Assembly (NCBI GenBank): GCA_046160785.1
Contig: JBJXHE010000014.1
Location: 21,695-85,694, forward strand
DNA: 64,000 nucleotides
Direction: 5' to 3'
DNA from: Planctomycetota bacterium
GTDB taxonomy: Bacteria > Planctomycetota > UBA1135 > JACQFD01
Positions 45,042 through 55,329 of the stretch are shown one piece after another (position 1 is the first letter of the stretch; every line of letters starts with the position of its first letter). Below the pieces are notes generated by a model, which was not told the DNA's origin, made no database searches, and saw only the letters and a program-made list of their open reading frames with translations. The position numbers and the translations under genes are program-made.

Positions 45042-46520
45042 TTGGAAGCAAAAACTACACTTGAATCGACCGGCCTCGAAACCGCGACCTCCGTCCTCAT
45101 CGTCGACTCCGATCCGTTGTCGTGGAAGGCGGCCTCCCCGATTTTGCAAGAGGCCGGCTGCGACTTCGCCCTTGTGCGCGACGCTGCCGCGGCTCAAAAG
45201 AAAATGAGCGAGCGCGAATTCGACGTCGTCATCGCGGAAGAAGATATATTACAACAAACAAACCGAATGGGGCCGCACGTCGCGCCGGCGTTTATTGTTG
45301 TATCAAATTTCGGAACCGTCGAGGGAGCCGTGGCCGCGATGCGCGGCGGCGCCGTTCACTACACTTCGAAACCCGTAGTTCCCGAGGAAATTGTATTGGC
45401 CGTCCGCAAAGCTAAAGATGCGCGCGGAATGCGGAAAGAAAATATTGCATTAAAAAATGAAATGCAAAGAAGGACGTCGCTCGGATCATTAATGATGCGC
45501 GACCCGAAGATGCGCGATATTTGTAATCTTGTCGAAACAGTCGCCCAAACGAAAGCTACAGTTCTGATCCTCGGACCGAGCGGAAGCGGAAAGTCGGTGC
45601 TCGCTCGCGCGATTCATAACATTTCGCCGCGTAAGAATGCGCCGTTCGTCGAAGTGAATTGTGGTGCGCTGCCCGAGAGCTTGCTGGAATCGGAATTGTT
45701 TGGTCACGCGAAGGGATCCTTTACAGGGGCGCACCGCGACCGGCCCGGCCGCTTCGAGGCGGCGTCGGGCGGAACGCTCTTCCTCGATGAAATTGGAACG
45801 GCCTCGCCAAGTATGCAATTAAGACTGCTGCGCGTGCTGCAGGAGCGCGTCGTGGAGCGCGTCGGAGAAGAGCGCTCCCGGCCTGTCGACGTACGCGTGA
45901 TACTTGCTACAAATCAGAATCTTGAAAACGCGGTGAAAGAAGGCCGCTTCCGCGAAGATTTATATTATCGAATTCACGTCGTCGCGATCGAGCTGCCGCC
46001 GCTCTGCGAACGGCCGAGCGATATTCCCGGTCTGGCGCAACGCTTTCTCGCGCAGTCGTCGGAAACGCTCGGCCGCACCGTATCTGATATATCAAAAGAC
46101 GCGATGGCCGCGCTGCTGGCGCACCCATGGCCCGGCAATGTGCGCGAACTTGAGAATGCGATTGAACGCGCGGTCGCGACGGGACGCGGTGAAATATTAC
46201 AATTATCGGATCTGCCCGCGGAAGTCCGGCGGCCGGCCGAGTCTGGTCCGAATCGTAATATTGACGCTCCGCCGGCGGACGCCGCCGGAATGGAGCCTCA
46301 TGCTAATAATACGTCTGCGAAACTCGACGACATTCCGCTCGGCTCGCTCGAAGATATGCTCTCTATTTGTGAATTACGTTTTCTCGAGCGCGCGCTCGCG
46401 GCGGCGAATGGAAACCGGTCTCGCGCCGCGTCGATTCTTAAACTTCATCGCGCCACGCTGTATCAACGCATGAAACGCGTCGGCATGGCAGTCCGCGACA
46501 AAAGTCATCCTATTCAATGA
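45042..46520 (+). CDS. sigma-54-dependent transcriptional activator (NtrC family) with atypical receiver domain
   Basis: AAA+ [14 protein letters not shown] loop, [11 protein letters not shown]-terminal [20 protein letters not shown]. The receiver-like N-terminus has VVIAEEDI where the phospho-Asp (D-x-x-M-P) is expected. Confidence 0.9.
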   Translation: MEAKTTLESTGLETATSVLIVDSDPLSWKAASPILQEAGCDFALVRDAAAAQKKMSEREFDVVIAEEDILQQTNRMGPHVAPAFIVVSNFGTVEGAVAAMRGGAVHYTSKPVVPEEIVLAVRKAKDARGMRKENIALKNEMQRRTSLGSLMMRDPKMRDICNLVETVAQTKATVLILGPSGSGKSVLARAIHNISPRKNAPFVEVNCGALPESLLESELFGHAKGSFTGAHRDRPGRFEAASGGTLFLDEIGTASPSMQLRLLRVLQERVVERVGEERSRPVDVRVILATNQNLENAVKEGRFREDLYYRIHVVAIELPPLCERPSDIPGLAQRFLAQSSETLGRTVSDISKDAMAALLAHPWPGNVRELENAIERAVATGRGEILQLSDLPAEVRRPAESGPNRNIDAPPADAAGMEPHANNTSAKLDDIPLGSLEDMLSICELRFLERALAAANGNRSRAASILKLHRATLYQRMKRVGMAVRDKSHPIQ

Positions 46521-46649
46521 TGTTCTTTTTTGTTAACTCTTCGTCAAGCCGTCCTCGACGCAAGTTCTTGACTACGTCTCAACCGCCTTTCCTCGATTTA
46601 ACAAAAAATTCCAATCATAGAATAGCGGAACACTTTTGCCGCGGACTGC
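46488..46649. repeat. intergenic palindromic repeat (ERIC/Correia/MITE-like), copy B, long form
   Basis: Inverted repeats GCAGTCCGCGACAAAAGT (46488-46505) and ACTTTTGCCGCGGACTGC (46632-46649), 17/18 complementary. The interior is collinear with copy A (e.g. AACTCTTCGTCA[A/G]GCCG[T/C]CCTCGACG, CCTCGATTTA). It overlaps the last 10 codons and the stop of the bEBP gene. Confidence 0.75.
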
Positions 46650-46700
46650 CCCTCACGAACTTCTTGAGTCGCACGTAAGTCGAACGCACACTCTCCGGTC

Positions 46701-49700
46701 ATGTCGCGCCGAGTTTTTTATGTTATTTCCGTTTTAGTAATTCCAGCGTTTGTATCCTGCGAACGATCTGGAAATGAATTATTAGCAGAGGCGCAAAAGG
46801 CAATACAAAAAACGCCGCCGGACGTTCAAACGGCAAAGCGATACCTCGACGAGGTTTTAGAGAATACTGCAAATAATCCAGGGCGGCCCGATTCGAATAT
46901 GTTGCGACGCGAAGCGCTCATGTTGCGCGGCAGTGTGTTTCGCCAGATCGGATTGTTAAGCGCGGCCGAATCGGATTATCGAACGATCCTCGACCAAATC
47001 GACTCCGCTGACGCCGCGGTATTGATACAAATTGCTACCGTTCTCGCGGACCGCGCGACAGCTCCCGACGATTTGGACCGCTCGATTGTTTATGCAACAA
47101 AAGCGGCTTCGATCACGCGCGACTCGTCGGCGCAGATCGCAGCGGGAGTTGCTTATTATAAACGCGGAACGCAGCGGCGCGCAAAATTAACAAACGATCT
47201 TTCTGTAATGATCGGCGGAGCAAATGTTATCGAACTGATTACAAGCGTTCGCACCGCGATCAGCGTTGAACGCGACGACCCGCGCGCGATCGCGGCGGAA
47301 CGCGTTCTTGATACATATCTCGAATTTCGAACGGTCGATTCGCAACGCATGGTTGCGGGCGCCATCGCCGCCGCGAGAGATGATTTACAAAACGCGCGAA
47401 AATTTTTATTTGCGGCTCTCGAATTCTTGCCGCGATTTGATGTATTAACAATTGAAAGTCTTCTGCCGCTGCTGCGCGAATCGAATGATTTGCCGTCGGC
47501 TCTTTGGATTGCACAAATGGCTTCCAAGGTTCAGGGATACTGGGAAAACCCGCGCGTCATCGAAGCGTATTCATCAATTCTGTATTCGGCACAGTTAAAA
47601 TTGGAAGCTGCGAATGTTTTTATTGATTATATAAATCGCGGGCCGTACGAGATGATTTTCCGCCAAAAGAAAATGGCATTGCAGTATGCGGCCGAGTCGG
47701 GAAACGCGGACGCCCTCGAACGAATGTTAACCGCAATTCGCGACCGCCTGCGAAAGGATTCCGACGCAAAACTACTACTCCGGCTCCTCGCGTTTTACGA
47801 CGGAATTCTGTTATATCTAAAAAAGGAAGACCACAAAAAGGTCGCCGACAATCTCGCTGCGTTTCTCGACCGGCGCGACGCCGAATTCTCAGACCTCATC
47901 GCAACGGGCGCGCTCATCGCCGCTAAAGAATATATTGCTGCGGGGCTACAGAAGGACGCGCTTCGAATTGCAGAATTGGGCGTTTCGTCGGCGCCGGAAA
48001 ACTTAGATTTACATATTCTGCGTGGTTACTTATTAACAGAATTAAACGGCGAACCGCTCACGATCGGCCGCGACATGCGTTTTGCAATTATCGGCGATCC
48101 TAAGAATGCTGATTTGTATTTTCCGATCATGCGAAAAGCCGCGAATGCAATACTTGCAAAAACCGGGCAAGACTTAGATCGCATTGAAGAAGAATCATCG
48201 AATCGCGGCGAGGGCTTTCCGAAGGGATACAAAGAAGGCTGGATGTATTATGTATTTGCGCGCGATTATTTAAATCGTAAGAAACCAAAGGAGGCCGCCG
48301 CGTGCGCGCTCGAGACCGTCGCGCGCGACGCCGCGTTCACGCCCGCCCTTATTACCTTTGGACTTGCCAATGCACAAATGGGCGGATTGATCGAAGCGCG
48401 CAAGGAATTCACGCGCTCGCTCGACGAGCTGCCGAAAGACCCGTTGCTTCTTCGTGAAATAAACGAATCGGGCGCAGCTCCATCGGATATAACACTTCGC
48501 CTCATTGCCGCGCGGCCCGAAGTTGAAGGTCGAATTGTATTATCTAAATCTCTTTTCGAGAATGGTAATGTTCAATTAGCCAGGTCTGTTTTAGCGCCGC
48601 TGTCACGCAACCTCGACGCACCCGACAATGCTAGAATTCTCGCGGCCCGCCTTGTTTTATCACAATACGATGGATCGGATACATCTTCCGGCCCCGAAGA
48701 ATTGGTTCGTGAACTATTAAAAAACCTGTCGGCGGACGCGCACGCGGGATTGCTGCGCGATCAAACAATTATGGAAGCCGCGATCCTCGCGGGGAATCGC
48801 GGCACCGTCGAGGAATATGCTAAAAAAGTCGCCGAGAGAATCGACTGGCTCGAAACACCGCACCTCGTATCCATCATTCAACACGCGCGCGAGCTCGGAA
48901 GATCGAATTCAGCGGTGCCCGCCGCGCGATTGATTGCTAATTTAAAGAAAAATGCAAAGCCCGAAGTTCGCGCGGAGCAAAGGGCAGGCATCCGATCTGA
49001 TATAAAGAGTAGTGCAAAGAACAGAATTAAAACTGATGTATCAAATATCGATTTCTTATTTTTGCTCGGCTGTTTAGAATACGAAGCTAAGAATTTTCAA
49101 GGCGCGGTCGAAGCGTTCGACCGGCTTTGCGCCCTCAGCGAACGGCGCGAGCATTCCATTTTGTTAGGTTTGGCGCTCTCGCGCCAGGGCGATCTCGCCG
49201 GGGTCGCCGAGGCGCTCGGGCAGCTCCGCGCCGACTGGGGAATTGCACCGATCGACGCCGGCCGCGCCGTGCTCGCAACATTAGCAAACCTGGATCCGCT
49301 TCCCGAAGAAGCTTCAGCAATATTTCCAAATGTAGCAAATCCGATGTCGATCGCGCAGCTTGCCGCGCTCTATATGTTAAAAGTAGGAGGAACGCCGGGC
49401 GCGGACGTTTTCCCGCGGCAGGAAGCGTGGGTGGACTCCGTACTACAATACGCGGCGGGTTCGATGGAAACTGCCGGCAGCATCCTCCATTTATCATTAG
49501 TATTACCAATCCCCGGAGCGGAGCAGGCCGCGGTCGAACTTATTAAGGATCTTCGGAAAACGGCCGGCGACCACGCCATCCTTGATTTTGCACAGGCCGA
49601 ATTGTTGCGTCGCGACGCGAAGACTTCCCGGCGCGCCGCCGAATTATATATATCTGTTGTAAAGAAATTTTCAGACATGGAAGTCGCCTGGAAACGCGCG

Positions 49701-50933
49701 GTGGACATCTATCGCAGTATCGAAGCAACCGACGATTATAAACATACCGTATTGAGCTGGGTACAATTGCATACCGAATCCCAAACGGCGGTTCTCTTTC
49801 ACGAATTACTACTTTTGGAGGAACAGCTCAAGGATCCAACAAAAATAGATTCGTCGATTGAAAAACTAACAATACTTCTCGATGATCACCCGCGCCAAAT
49901 AGAGATTCTTCGCGTTTTACTGAACGCCCGCCTCGCAAAGGGTCCCGGACCGGCATCCCTCGAATCGGCGCGCAAACTTTATGAAGCTTGCAAAGACAAT
50001 TCCGCGGCACTCGAAAATAATGCAAAACAAATCGTGCAAGCGTATCTTGATAATCTTAATGATATACAAAGCGAAGCCTTCGACTTTGCAACAAAACTCA
50101 AAATATCAATTCCGAATTCGCCGTACCCCATTTTGTTACTCGCGTCGTTCCACCATTCTGCGTTTCGGCAACAGAAGGCAAGCGAAGAAATATTAGAATT
50201 CCTGCGCGCCAATAACCAGGTACGAACGATCGACAATCAATTAATTCGAGAGTTCGTTTCGCTTGTAAAGAAAATGGATCCCGTGGGCGCTTCTGAAATT
50301 GCTAAATTATCGATTGCATCGAATGCGAGCGACTGGGAGCGCTGGGAGATTTTCATCGATACGCACATGGCGACAGGACGCAAGAAGGAAGTTACAGAAT
50401 ACCTCGACGCGTATCATACCGTCATGCAACTCCCGGAATCGCGGATCAAGCTTGCATTATTATTATCTGACATACTACACAACCCGAAGCGGACGTTAGA
50501 ACTTCTGGCGAATATTAATATTACAGGAAAACCCGTCGACGCCGAAGTGATCGAAACCGCGGCCGCCAAAGCGCGCGCTCTGAGAAGTATGGATCGCAAT
50601 CAAGAAGCCATCGAATTGTTAGAATCAATTCTCGGCAGTCCGATGGAAGTTCCGTTCCGGGCGCGCATCGAGAATTGGGAAATGCTCGCGACGGATCGTT
50701 ATAAAAGACCCAGTTTCGCACCATTAGTATTCGAAATGGGCTTGGCGCTCGGCGCGCGCGCGCTGCCCGGCGACGCGGACATGGCATTTGTATGTTTGAA
50801 GCAGGCCGCGCTGTCGCTGCCTAAAGCCGAAGCAGCGCGGGCCGAATCGTTAGCAAAGGTCGCGCACCACATGCGCGTCTTCCTGCGGCATCCGCGAACA
50901 GTTGAGTCGAAGCCCGCCGTCGAGAATAAGTAA
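46701..50933 (+). CDS. very large (1410 aa) alpha-helical repeat (TPR-like) lipoprotein/secreted protein, function unknown
   Basis: N-terminal signal with Cys (VIPAFVSC). Helical-repeat composition throughout. No NTPase or catalytic motif seen. Confidence 0.6.
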   Translation: MSRRVFYVISVLVIPAFVSCERSGNELLAEAQKAIQKTPPDVQTAKRYLDEVLENTANNPGRPDSNMLRREALMLRGSVFRQIGLLSAAESDYRTILDQIDSADAAVLIQIATVLADRATAPDDLDRSIVYATKAASITRDSSAQIAAGVAYYKRGTQRRAKLTNDLSVMIGGANVIELITSVRTAISVERDDPRAIAAERVLDTYLEFRTVDSQRMVAGAIAAARDDLQNARKFLFAALEFLPRFDVLTIESLLPLLRESNDLPSALWIAQMASKVQGYWENPRVIEAYSSILYSAQLKLEAANVFIDYINRGPYEMIFRQKKMALQYAAESGNADALERMLTAIRDRLRKDSDAKLLLRLLAFYDGILLYLKKEDHKKVADNLAAFLDRRDAEFSDLIATGALIAAKEYIAAGLQKDALRIAELGVSSAPENLDLHILRGYLLTELNGEPLTIGRDMRFAIIGDPKNADLYFPIMRKAANAILAKTGQDLDRIEEESSNRGEGFPKGYKEGWMYYVFARDYLNRKKPKEAAACALETVARDAAFTPALITFGLANAQMGGLIEARKEFTRSLDELPKDPLLLREINESGAAPSDITLRLIAARPEVEGRIVLSKSLFENGNVQLARSVLAPLSRNLDAPDNARILAARLVLSQYDGSDTSSGPEELVRELLKNLSADAHAGLLRDQTIMEAAILAGNRGTVEEYAKKVAERIDWLETPHLVSIIQHARELGRSNSAVPAARLIANLKKNAKPEVRAEQRAGIRSDIKSSAKNRIKTDVSNIDFLFLLGCLEYEAKNFQGAVEAFDRLCALSERREHSILLGLALSRQGDLAGVAEALGQLRADWGIAPIDAGRAVLATLANLDPLPEEASAIFPNVANPMSIAQLAALYMLKVGGTPGADVFPRQEAWVDSVLQYAAGSMETAGSILHLSLVLPIPGAEQAAVELIKDLRKTAGDHAILDFAQAELLRRDAKTSRRAAELYISVVKKFSDMEVAWKRAVDIYRSIEATDDYKHTVLSWVQLHTESQTAVLFHELLLLEEQLKDPTKIDSSIEKLTILLDDHPRQIEILRVLLNARLAKGPGPASLESARKLYEACKDNSAALENNAKQIVQAYLDNLNDIQSEAFDFATKLKISIPNSPYPILLLASFHHSAFRQQKASEEILEFLRANNQVRTIDNQLIREFVSLVKKMDPVGASEIAKLSIASNASDWERWEIFIDTHMATGRKKEVTEYLDAYHTVMQLPESRIKLALLLSDILHNPKRTLELLANINITGKPVDAEVIETAAAKARALRSMDRNQEAIELLESILGSPMEVPFRARIENWEMLATDRYKRPSFAPLVFEMGLALGARALPGDADMAFVCLKQAALSLPKAEAARAESLAKVAHHMRVFLRHPRTVESKPAVENK

Positions 50934-50942
50934 TCTTTAACT

Positions 50943-51731
50943 TTACTTTTCGCGAAAGATGCCGATAACCGGCGCGTGATCCGACGGCTGCGCGCCGGCG
51001 CGCTCTTCGACATCAATACAAATATCCTCGCAGCGCGCCGCGAGCGAATCTGTAACAAGTAACAAATCGATGCGAAGGCCGTAGCCGCGCTGAAACCCCA
51101 TCGTTCGAAAATCCCACCACGTATACAATCCCGAATCTTGATATTTCAAGCGGAGCGCGTCGCGGAATCCGAGTTTACAGATTTCCGCGAGCGCCGCGTG
51201 CTCGTCGGGATGAAATAATACTTTTCCGCGCCAGCGCGCGGGATCGTGGACGTCGCGATCTTCCGGGGCAATATTAAAATCGCCGAGCAGTATCATTGGC
51301 TGGCTCGTGTCAAACGACGTTTTTAACAATTCGGTGAGTTTTTTGAGCCACGCGCGTTTGAATACAAATTTTTCCGACTCGACCGACTCGCCGTTCGGAA
51401 CGTAAACATTAATAATTCGAATTCCGCCCGCGACTCCCGAAAGGAAGCGCCGATGCCCCGCCTCGCCGTCGTCGGGGAATCCTTTAACAATATCCGTTAC
51501 TGGTTTTTTTGATAGAATCGCGACGCCGTTGTACGCCTTTTGCCCGTAGATTTCGCAGTGGTAGCCGAGCTTTTCAAATTCTTCCTTTGGAAACTTAGCA
51601 TCTTCGACCTTGGATTCCTGAATGCACAATACGTCGGGATTGTGTTTTTGCAGCCAGGCCGTGACGCGCGCAAGCCGCGCACGAATAGAATTAACGTTCC
51701 ATGATACAATTTTAATAGTATTAGTATTCAT
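50943..51731 (-). CDS. xthA: exodeoxyribonuclease III
   Basis: IVSWNVNSIRARL, LCIQESKV, LLGDFNIAPEDRDV, RIDLLL, SDHAPV. Confidence 0.9.
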   Translation of the reverse strand: MNTNTIKIVSWNVNSIRARLARVTAWLQKHNPDVLCIQESKVEDAKFPKEEFEKLGYHCEIYGQKAYNGVAILSKKPVTDIVKGFPDDGEAGHRRFLSGVAGGIRIINVYVPNGESVESEKFVFKRAWLKKLTELLKTSFDTSQPMILLGDFNIAPEDRDVHDPARWRGKVLFHPDEHAALAEICKLGFRDALRLKYQDSGLYTWWDFRTMGFQRGYGLRIDLLLVTDSLAARCEDICIDVEERAGAQPSDHAPVIGIFREK

Positions 51732-51822
51732 ATGGTGTATGTCCGGTTTCGTTCCCCTCAGGCGATCACATCCCGCCCTTTACAAAAAGCAACGGAGCCG
51801 AGTGTGAGGGGTGACTCATTTT

Positions 51823-52983
51823 TTAATTCCTATTCTGTTCTGAGCGCCAGATTTCACTGCGCGGCCGGGAGAAACGATCATACAAATCGCAATACGCGTT
51901 GTTCTGCTGCTCGAGCGAAAAGTGAGAAACGCAACGCGCGCGGTTCGCGGCCCCGATCCGTTTTTGTAATATCAAATCCTTAAGAATAACCGCGAGCGCA
52001 GATGCGTACGCCGCGTCGTCGCCGAGTTTTGTTATGAACGGCTGGTTCGCGGGCGCGACCATCGAATAGATATCTCCGACGTTTGTCGACACGACCGGAA
52101 TACCCGACCCCATCGCTTCAAGAACGGAAATCGGCATCTGTTCGGTGTCGGAACTCAATGCAAATATATCAAATGCGCTGTAAGCAGCAGCAGGGTTTTG
52201 TAAATGTCCACAAAAACGGACGCGCGATTGGATATTTAATAATTTTGCCGTCGACTCCAACTCCGCACGCAGCGGCCCGTCGCCGGCGAATATTAAATAT
52301 GAATTTGCGTCCGGCGCGGATGCAAACGCTCGAAGTAGCCGCGCCGGATTTTTCTCGGCGCGCAGGTGCGCCACCATTCCAACAATGATTCCCGATTCCG
52401 GAATCGAATATTCGCTTCGAAACGCCGCGCGCGCGGCGTCGTTGCCGCCCGCGTATTTGTTAATATCAATTCCGTTGGGAATATATAAAACGCGCCGCCG
52501 CGGCAGCCACCACGTTTCGACCGCGATTTTCTCGAGCGTTTGCGACGGCACAACGACCGCTTCCGCCAATCGATACAAAACGCGCCGCATCCAGAGACGC
52601 CGCGCGATTTGATAGGTAGCTTCCTCCGGGCCGAATCCGTCCTGCGCGTGGAGAATCGGACAAAACCGCCGGATGCCAATCGCTTGAATCGCTTCCGTGG
52701 CGCCCCAATTATACGTAATAATCAAATCCGGTTTTTGTTGAACTAACAATTTTCGCAGCTCGCCGCGGCGTACGCGCCCTCGCGCGTTTTTCGGAACGTT
52801 AGCATATTCGACGGGCGCGTCTGCTTTTAATAATTCGCGAGCGGAGAGATCGTTATTGGTAGAAAGGACCGTGTGTCGAAAGCGCGGCGGAAGATGATTA
52901 AAGATGTCGGCCGTGCGGCGCTGCGGGCCGCCGGGCGCGAATGTTGAAAATACGTGAACCAGATGTTTAACTACAGCTGGCAT
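51823..52983 (-). CDS. GT-B fold glycosyltransferase (family 4-like)
   Basis: C-terminal EQMPISVLEAMGSGIPVVSTNVGD (E-x7-E region). N-terminal HVFSTFAPGGPQRR. Confidence 0.8.
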   Translation of the reverse strand: MPAVVKHLVHVFSTFAPGGPQRRTADIFNHLPPRFRHTVLSTNNDLSARELLKADAPVEYANVPKNARGRVRRGELRKLLVQQKPDLIITYNWGATEAIQAIGIRRFCPILHAQDGFGPEEATYQIARRLWMRRVLYRLAEAVVVPSQTLEKIAVETWWLPRRRVLYIPNGIDINKYAGGNDAARAAFRSEYSIPESGIIVGMVAHLRAEKNPARLLRAFASAPDANSYLIFAGDGPLRAELESTAKLLNIQSRVRFCGHLQNPAAAYSAFDIFALSSDTEQMPISVLEAMGSGIPVVSTNVGDIYSMVAPANQPFITKLGDDAAYASALAVILKDLILQKRIGAANRARCVSHFSLEQQNNAYCDLYDRFSRPRSEIWRSEQNRN

Positions 52984-52999
52984 TATTAATAATACTAAA

Positions 53000-55183
53000 T
53001 TACGGGTTTTGGCGGACGGCCGCTACAATTCCGCGTTCGACGAATTTCGCGCGGTCCGCGACGGGCGCCCATCCGAGAAGGCGCTTTGCGCGCGAGCAAT
53101 CGAGCGATGCATCAAATGCGCGAGTCTTTAAATCGCGAAAACTCGGGAGAGGATTCTCGGGTTTTCGTATCATTACTTTTACACCCCATTTAAACAGATC
53201 GAGGCCCTGAATGAGCCAGAGCGGCGTCGGATAAAATTGCATCGGCCGGCCGGTTGCCTTGCGGAGTTCTTCAACATATTCGCGCCCGGTGAGGCGCACG
53301 TCGCCCGCCAAGTTAAATGATAATCCGTCAATATTCGTTTTATCTAATGATGCTACAATTGCCGACGCGACGTCCTCCGGCAATACAAATGGAATCGGGC
53401 GCGTGCCCGGCCCCCACCCTTCGCACTGCGTGTCGCGCGGCCACATGCCGACGCCCGTGTGCGCAGGGCGTCCGCGTTCGCCGACGACGACGGCGGGGCG
53501 CAAAATAACAACTGGCAGTTTCCTGTCGCGGTGCATCTGTAATAATTGCTTTTCACTTTCAATTTTAGCGCGCGCGTAGTGGCTGCGTTTTGAAGCCTTG
53601 GGATCGACGGGCGTGTCTTCTGTTACAATTCCCCCGCCGCCGAAATAGTAAACTGCGATTGTTGATGTATATAATAAACGCCGCACGCCGTGGCGCACGC
53701 ACGCATCGGCGACGCGCACGCTTCCCTGAACAATGGTGCGCTCGAAATCCGCGTACGATTCGCCGCCGCTCGAAGCTAAATGTATGACCGCGTCGCAGCC
53801 CGCGACAACTTTATCAATAGCGGCGGGATCGTCGAGCGCACCCTGCACGACGTGCACGCGCGGATCGCACAAATGCTCCGGCAATACATTAATTTTTCTT
53901 GCTAAGATTCGGACAGGCTTTCCGATCGCTAATAATTTTTCGACGACATGCCCGCCGATGAATCCCGTCGCGCCGAGAACGGCGACTTCGCCTTTTCGCG
54001 GATTTGTAAATTGTACAATTTCGCGCGCGGGAGGCGGCGGCGAAATCTCTAACAATCGCTTCACCGGCATTGTTAATGATTCGCATGCTTCTAATACATC
54101 CACTCCGTCTTCCGCTGAAACAGGCAGCCGCGCGCCGAGCCGCAGGCTTTTGTGAAATGCGCCGATGCTGCCGCACATTCCTACAAAAAATGCGTCGCGA
54201 CGCGGCTGTATTTTTAGTAACGGAAGAACGTATCCCCAGAACGCATTCTGAGCCGCCTTCTTGCCGGCCTTCGCGTCGGCTTTGCCAATGAGCGATGTAT
54301 CATAAAATTCCATCCAGCGTGACTTCGCGTGAACGCTATAAAAACCATTTAATAAATCGACGCGAATCGAACCGTCCTGCCCGATGACGTGAATCCAGCT
54401 TTCCGGAAAATCGCGGCCGAACGAAATATAAAATTGCGCCGTCGCGCGCTCGCATTGCATCGACGCCTGCCATGTATCAAAAAACACGCGCTTCCCTGGG
54501 AAATTGTGGCGTCCGCTCGGCGTCGAATCGCACGATACTACTTTTCCGAGCAGGCGCACGAGCTGCGAAAGCGGATGCGGCCCCTGCTCAAGTATAATAT
54601 TCTCGGGAGCGGCGAACATCCAATTGCCGAAGTCGCCGCCCGTGAGCTGCCGCAGCGGATTGTTATTCACAAATACGGAGTGTTGAACGTGTCCGATTTT
54701 TCCCGACTCGACGTCTTTTAGTAATCTCACAAAAAGCGGATGAAATGTAAAATTATGGTTCACGCCAAGCCGCGCGCCGCTATCGCGCGCGTGCTGCACG
54801 AGAGCGCGCCCGTCGGCCGAATTTAATACCATCGGCTTTTCTAACAATACGTGAATCCCGCGACTTAATAATTCTTTCGCCGCGCCTAAATGTAAATTCG
54901 GCGGCACGAGCACATGCACGGCGTCGGGGCGCACGTCGCCCGCGAGCGCGGAAATGGAAGCAACCGCGTTAGCAATTCCATGCTTCTTAACAAATCGCTC
55001 AGCCTTCGCCGCGTCGACGTCGCAGACGGCCACGACCTCGACGTCGGGCGTCGCGCGCAGCGCGGCAAGATGTGTTTCAGCGATATATCCGGCGCCGACG
55101 AGCGCGACTCGGGTGCGGCGTCCGCGAAGAGCAGAGGCGATCTGCGCGGCGGCATCGGAATGGAAGTCAGGGCTCGCTGTCAT
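53000..55183 (-). CDS. fusion protein: Gfo/Idh/MocA-family oxidoreductase (N) + NAD-dependent epimerase/dehydratase SDR (C)
   Basis: VALVGAGYIAETHLAAL Rossmann motif plus EKP motif (LLEKPM) in the N-terminal half. VAVLGATGFIGGHVVEKLL and YARAK (YxxxK) in the C-terminal half. Confidence 0.8.
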   Translation of the reverse strand: MTASPDFHSDAAAQIASALRGRRTRVALVGAGYIAETHLAALRATPDVEVVAVCDVDAAKAERFVKKHGIANAVASISALAGDVRPDAVHVLVPPNLHLGAAKELLSRGIHVLLEKPMVLNSADGRALVQHARDSGARLGVNHNFTFHPLFVRLLKDVESGKIGHVQHSVFVNNNPLRQLTGGDFGNWMFAAPENIILEQGPHPLSQLVRLLGKVVSCDSTPSGRHNFPGKRVFFDTWQASMQCERATAQFYISFGRDFPESWIHVIGQDGSIRVDLLNGFYSVHAKSRWMEFYDTSLIGKADAKAGKKAAQNAFWGYVLPLLKIQPRRDAFFVGMCGSIGAFHKSLRLGARLPVSAEDGVDVLEACESLTMPVKRLLEISPPPPAREIVQFTNPRKGEVAVLGATGFIGGHVVEKLLAIGKPVRILARKINVLPEHLCDPRVHVVQGALDDPAAIDKVVAGCDAVIHLASSGGESYADFERTIVQGSVRVADACVRHGVRRLLYTSTIAVYYFGGGGIVTEDTPVDPKASKRSHYARAKIESEKQLLQMHRDRKLPVVILRPAVVVGERGRPAHTGVGMWPRDTQCEGWGPGTRPIPFVLPEDVASAIVASLDKTNIDGLSFNLAGDVRLTGREYVEELRKATGRPMQFYPTPLWLIQGLDLFKWGVKVMIRKPENPLPSFRDLKTRAFDASLDCSRAKRLLGWAPVADRAKFVERGIVAAVRQNP

Positions 55184-55329
55184 TGATTGAATTGGACTCT
55201 ATCAAATCGGCGGCGAAACGATTCTTAAAATTGTACGAACAAAAGATCGTTCCAGAGCGACGGGCCGGGATGTTACAACACGGAATTGTTGATCCTCCGA
55301 AAAACCGAGCCGACACCCTGCACCGCCCC

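Noticed and set aside
55072-55329. N-terminal 86-codon extension of the ettA ORF
   Set aside because: The extension overlaps the divergent Gfo-SDR gene and is Arg-rich and non-homologous. MAENIVCTVRALRKFY at 55330 matches the normal EttA N-terminus and gives the expected ~552 aa.
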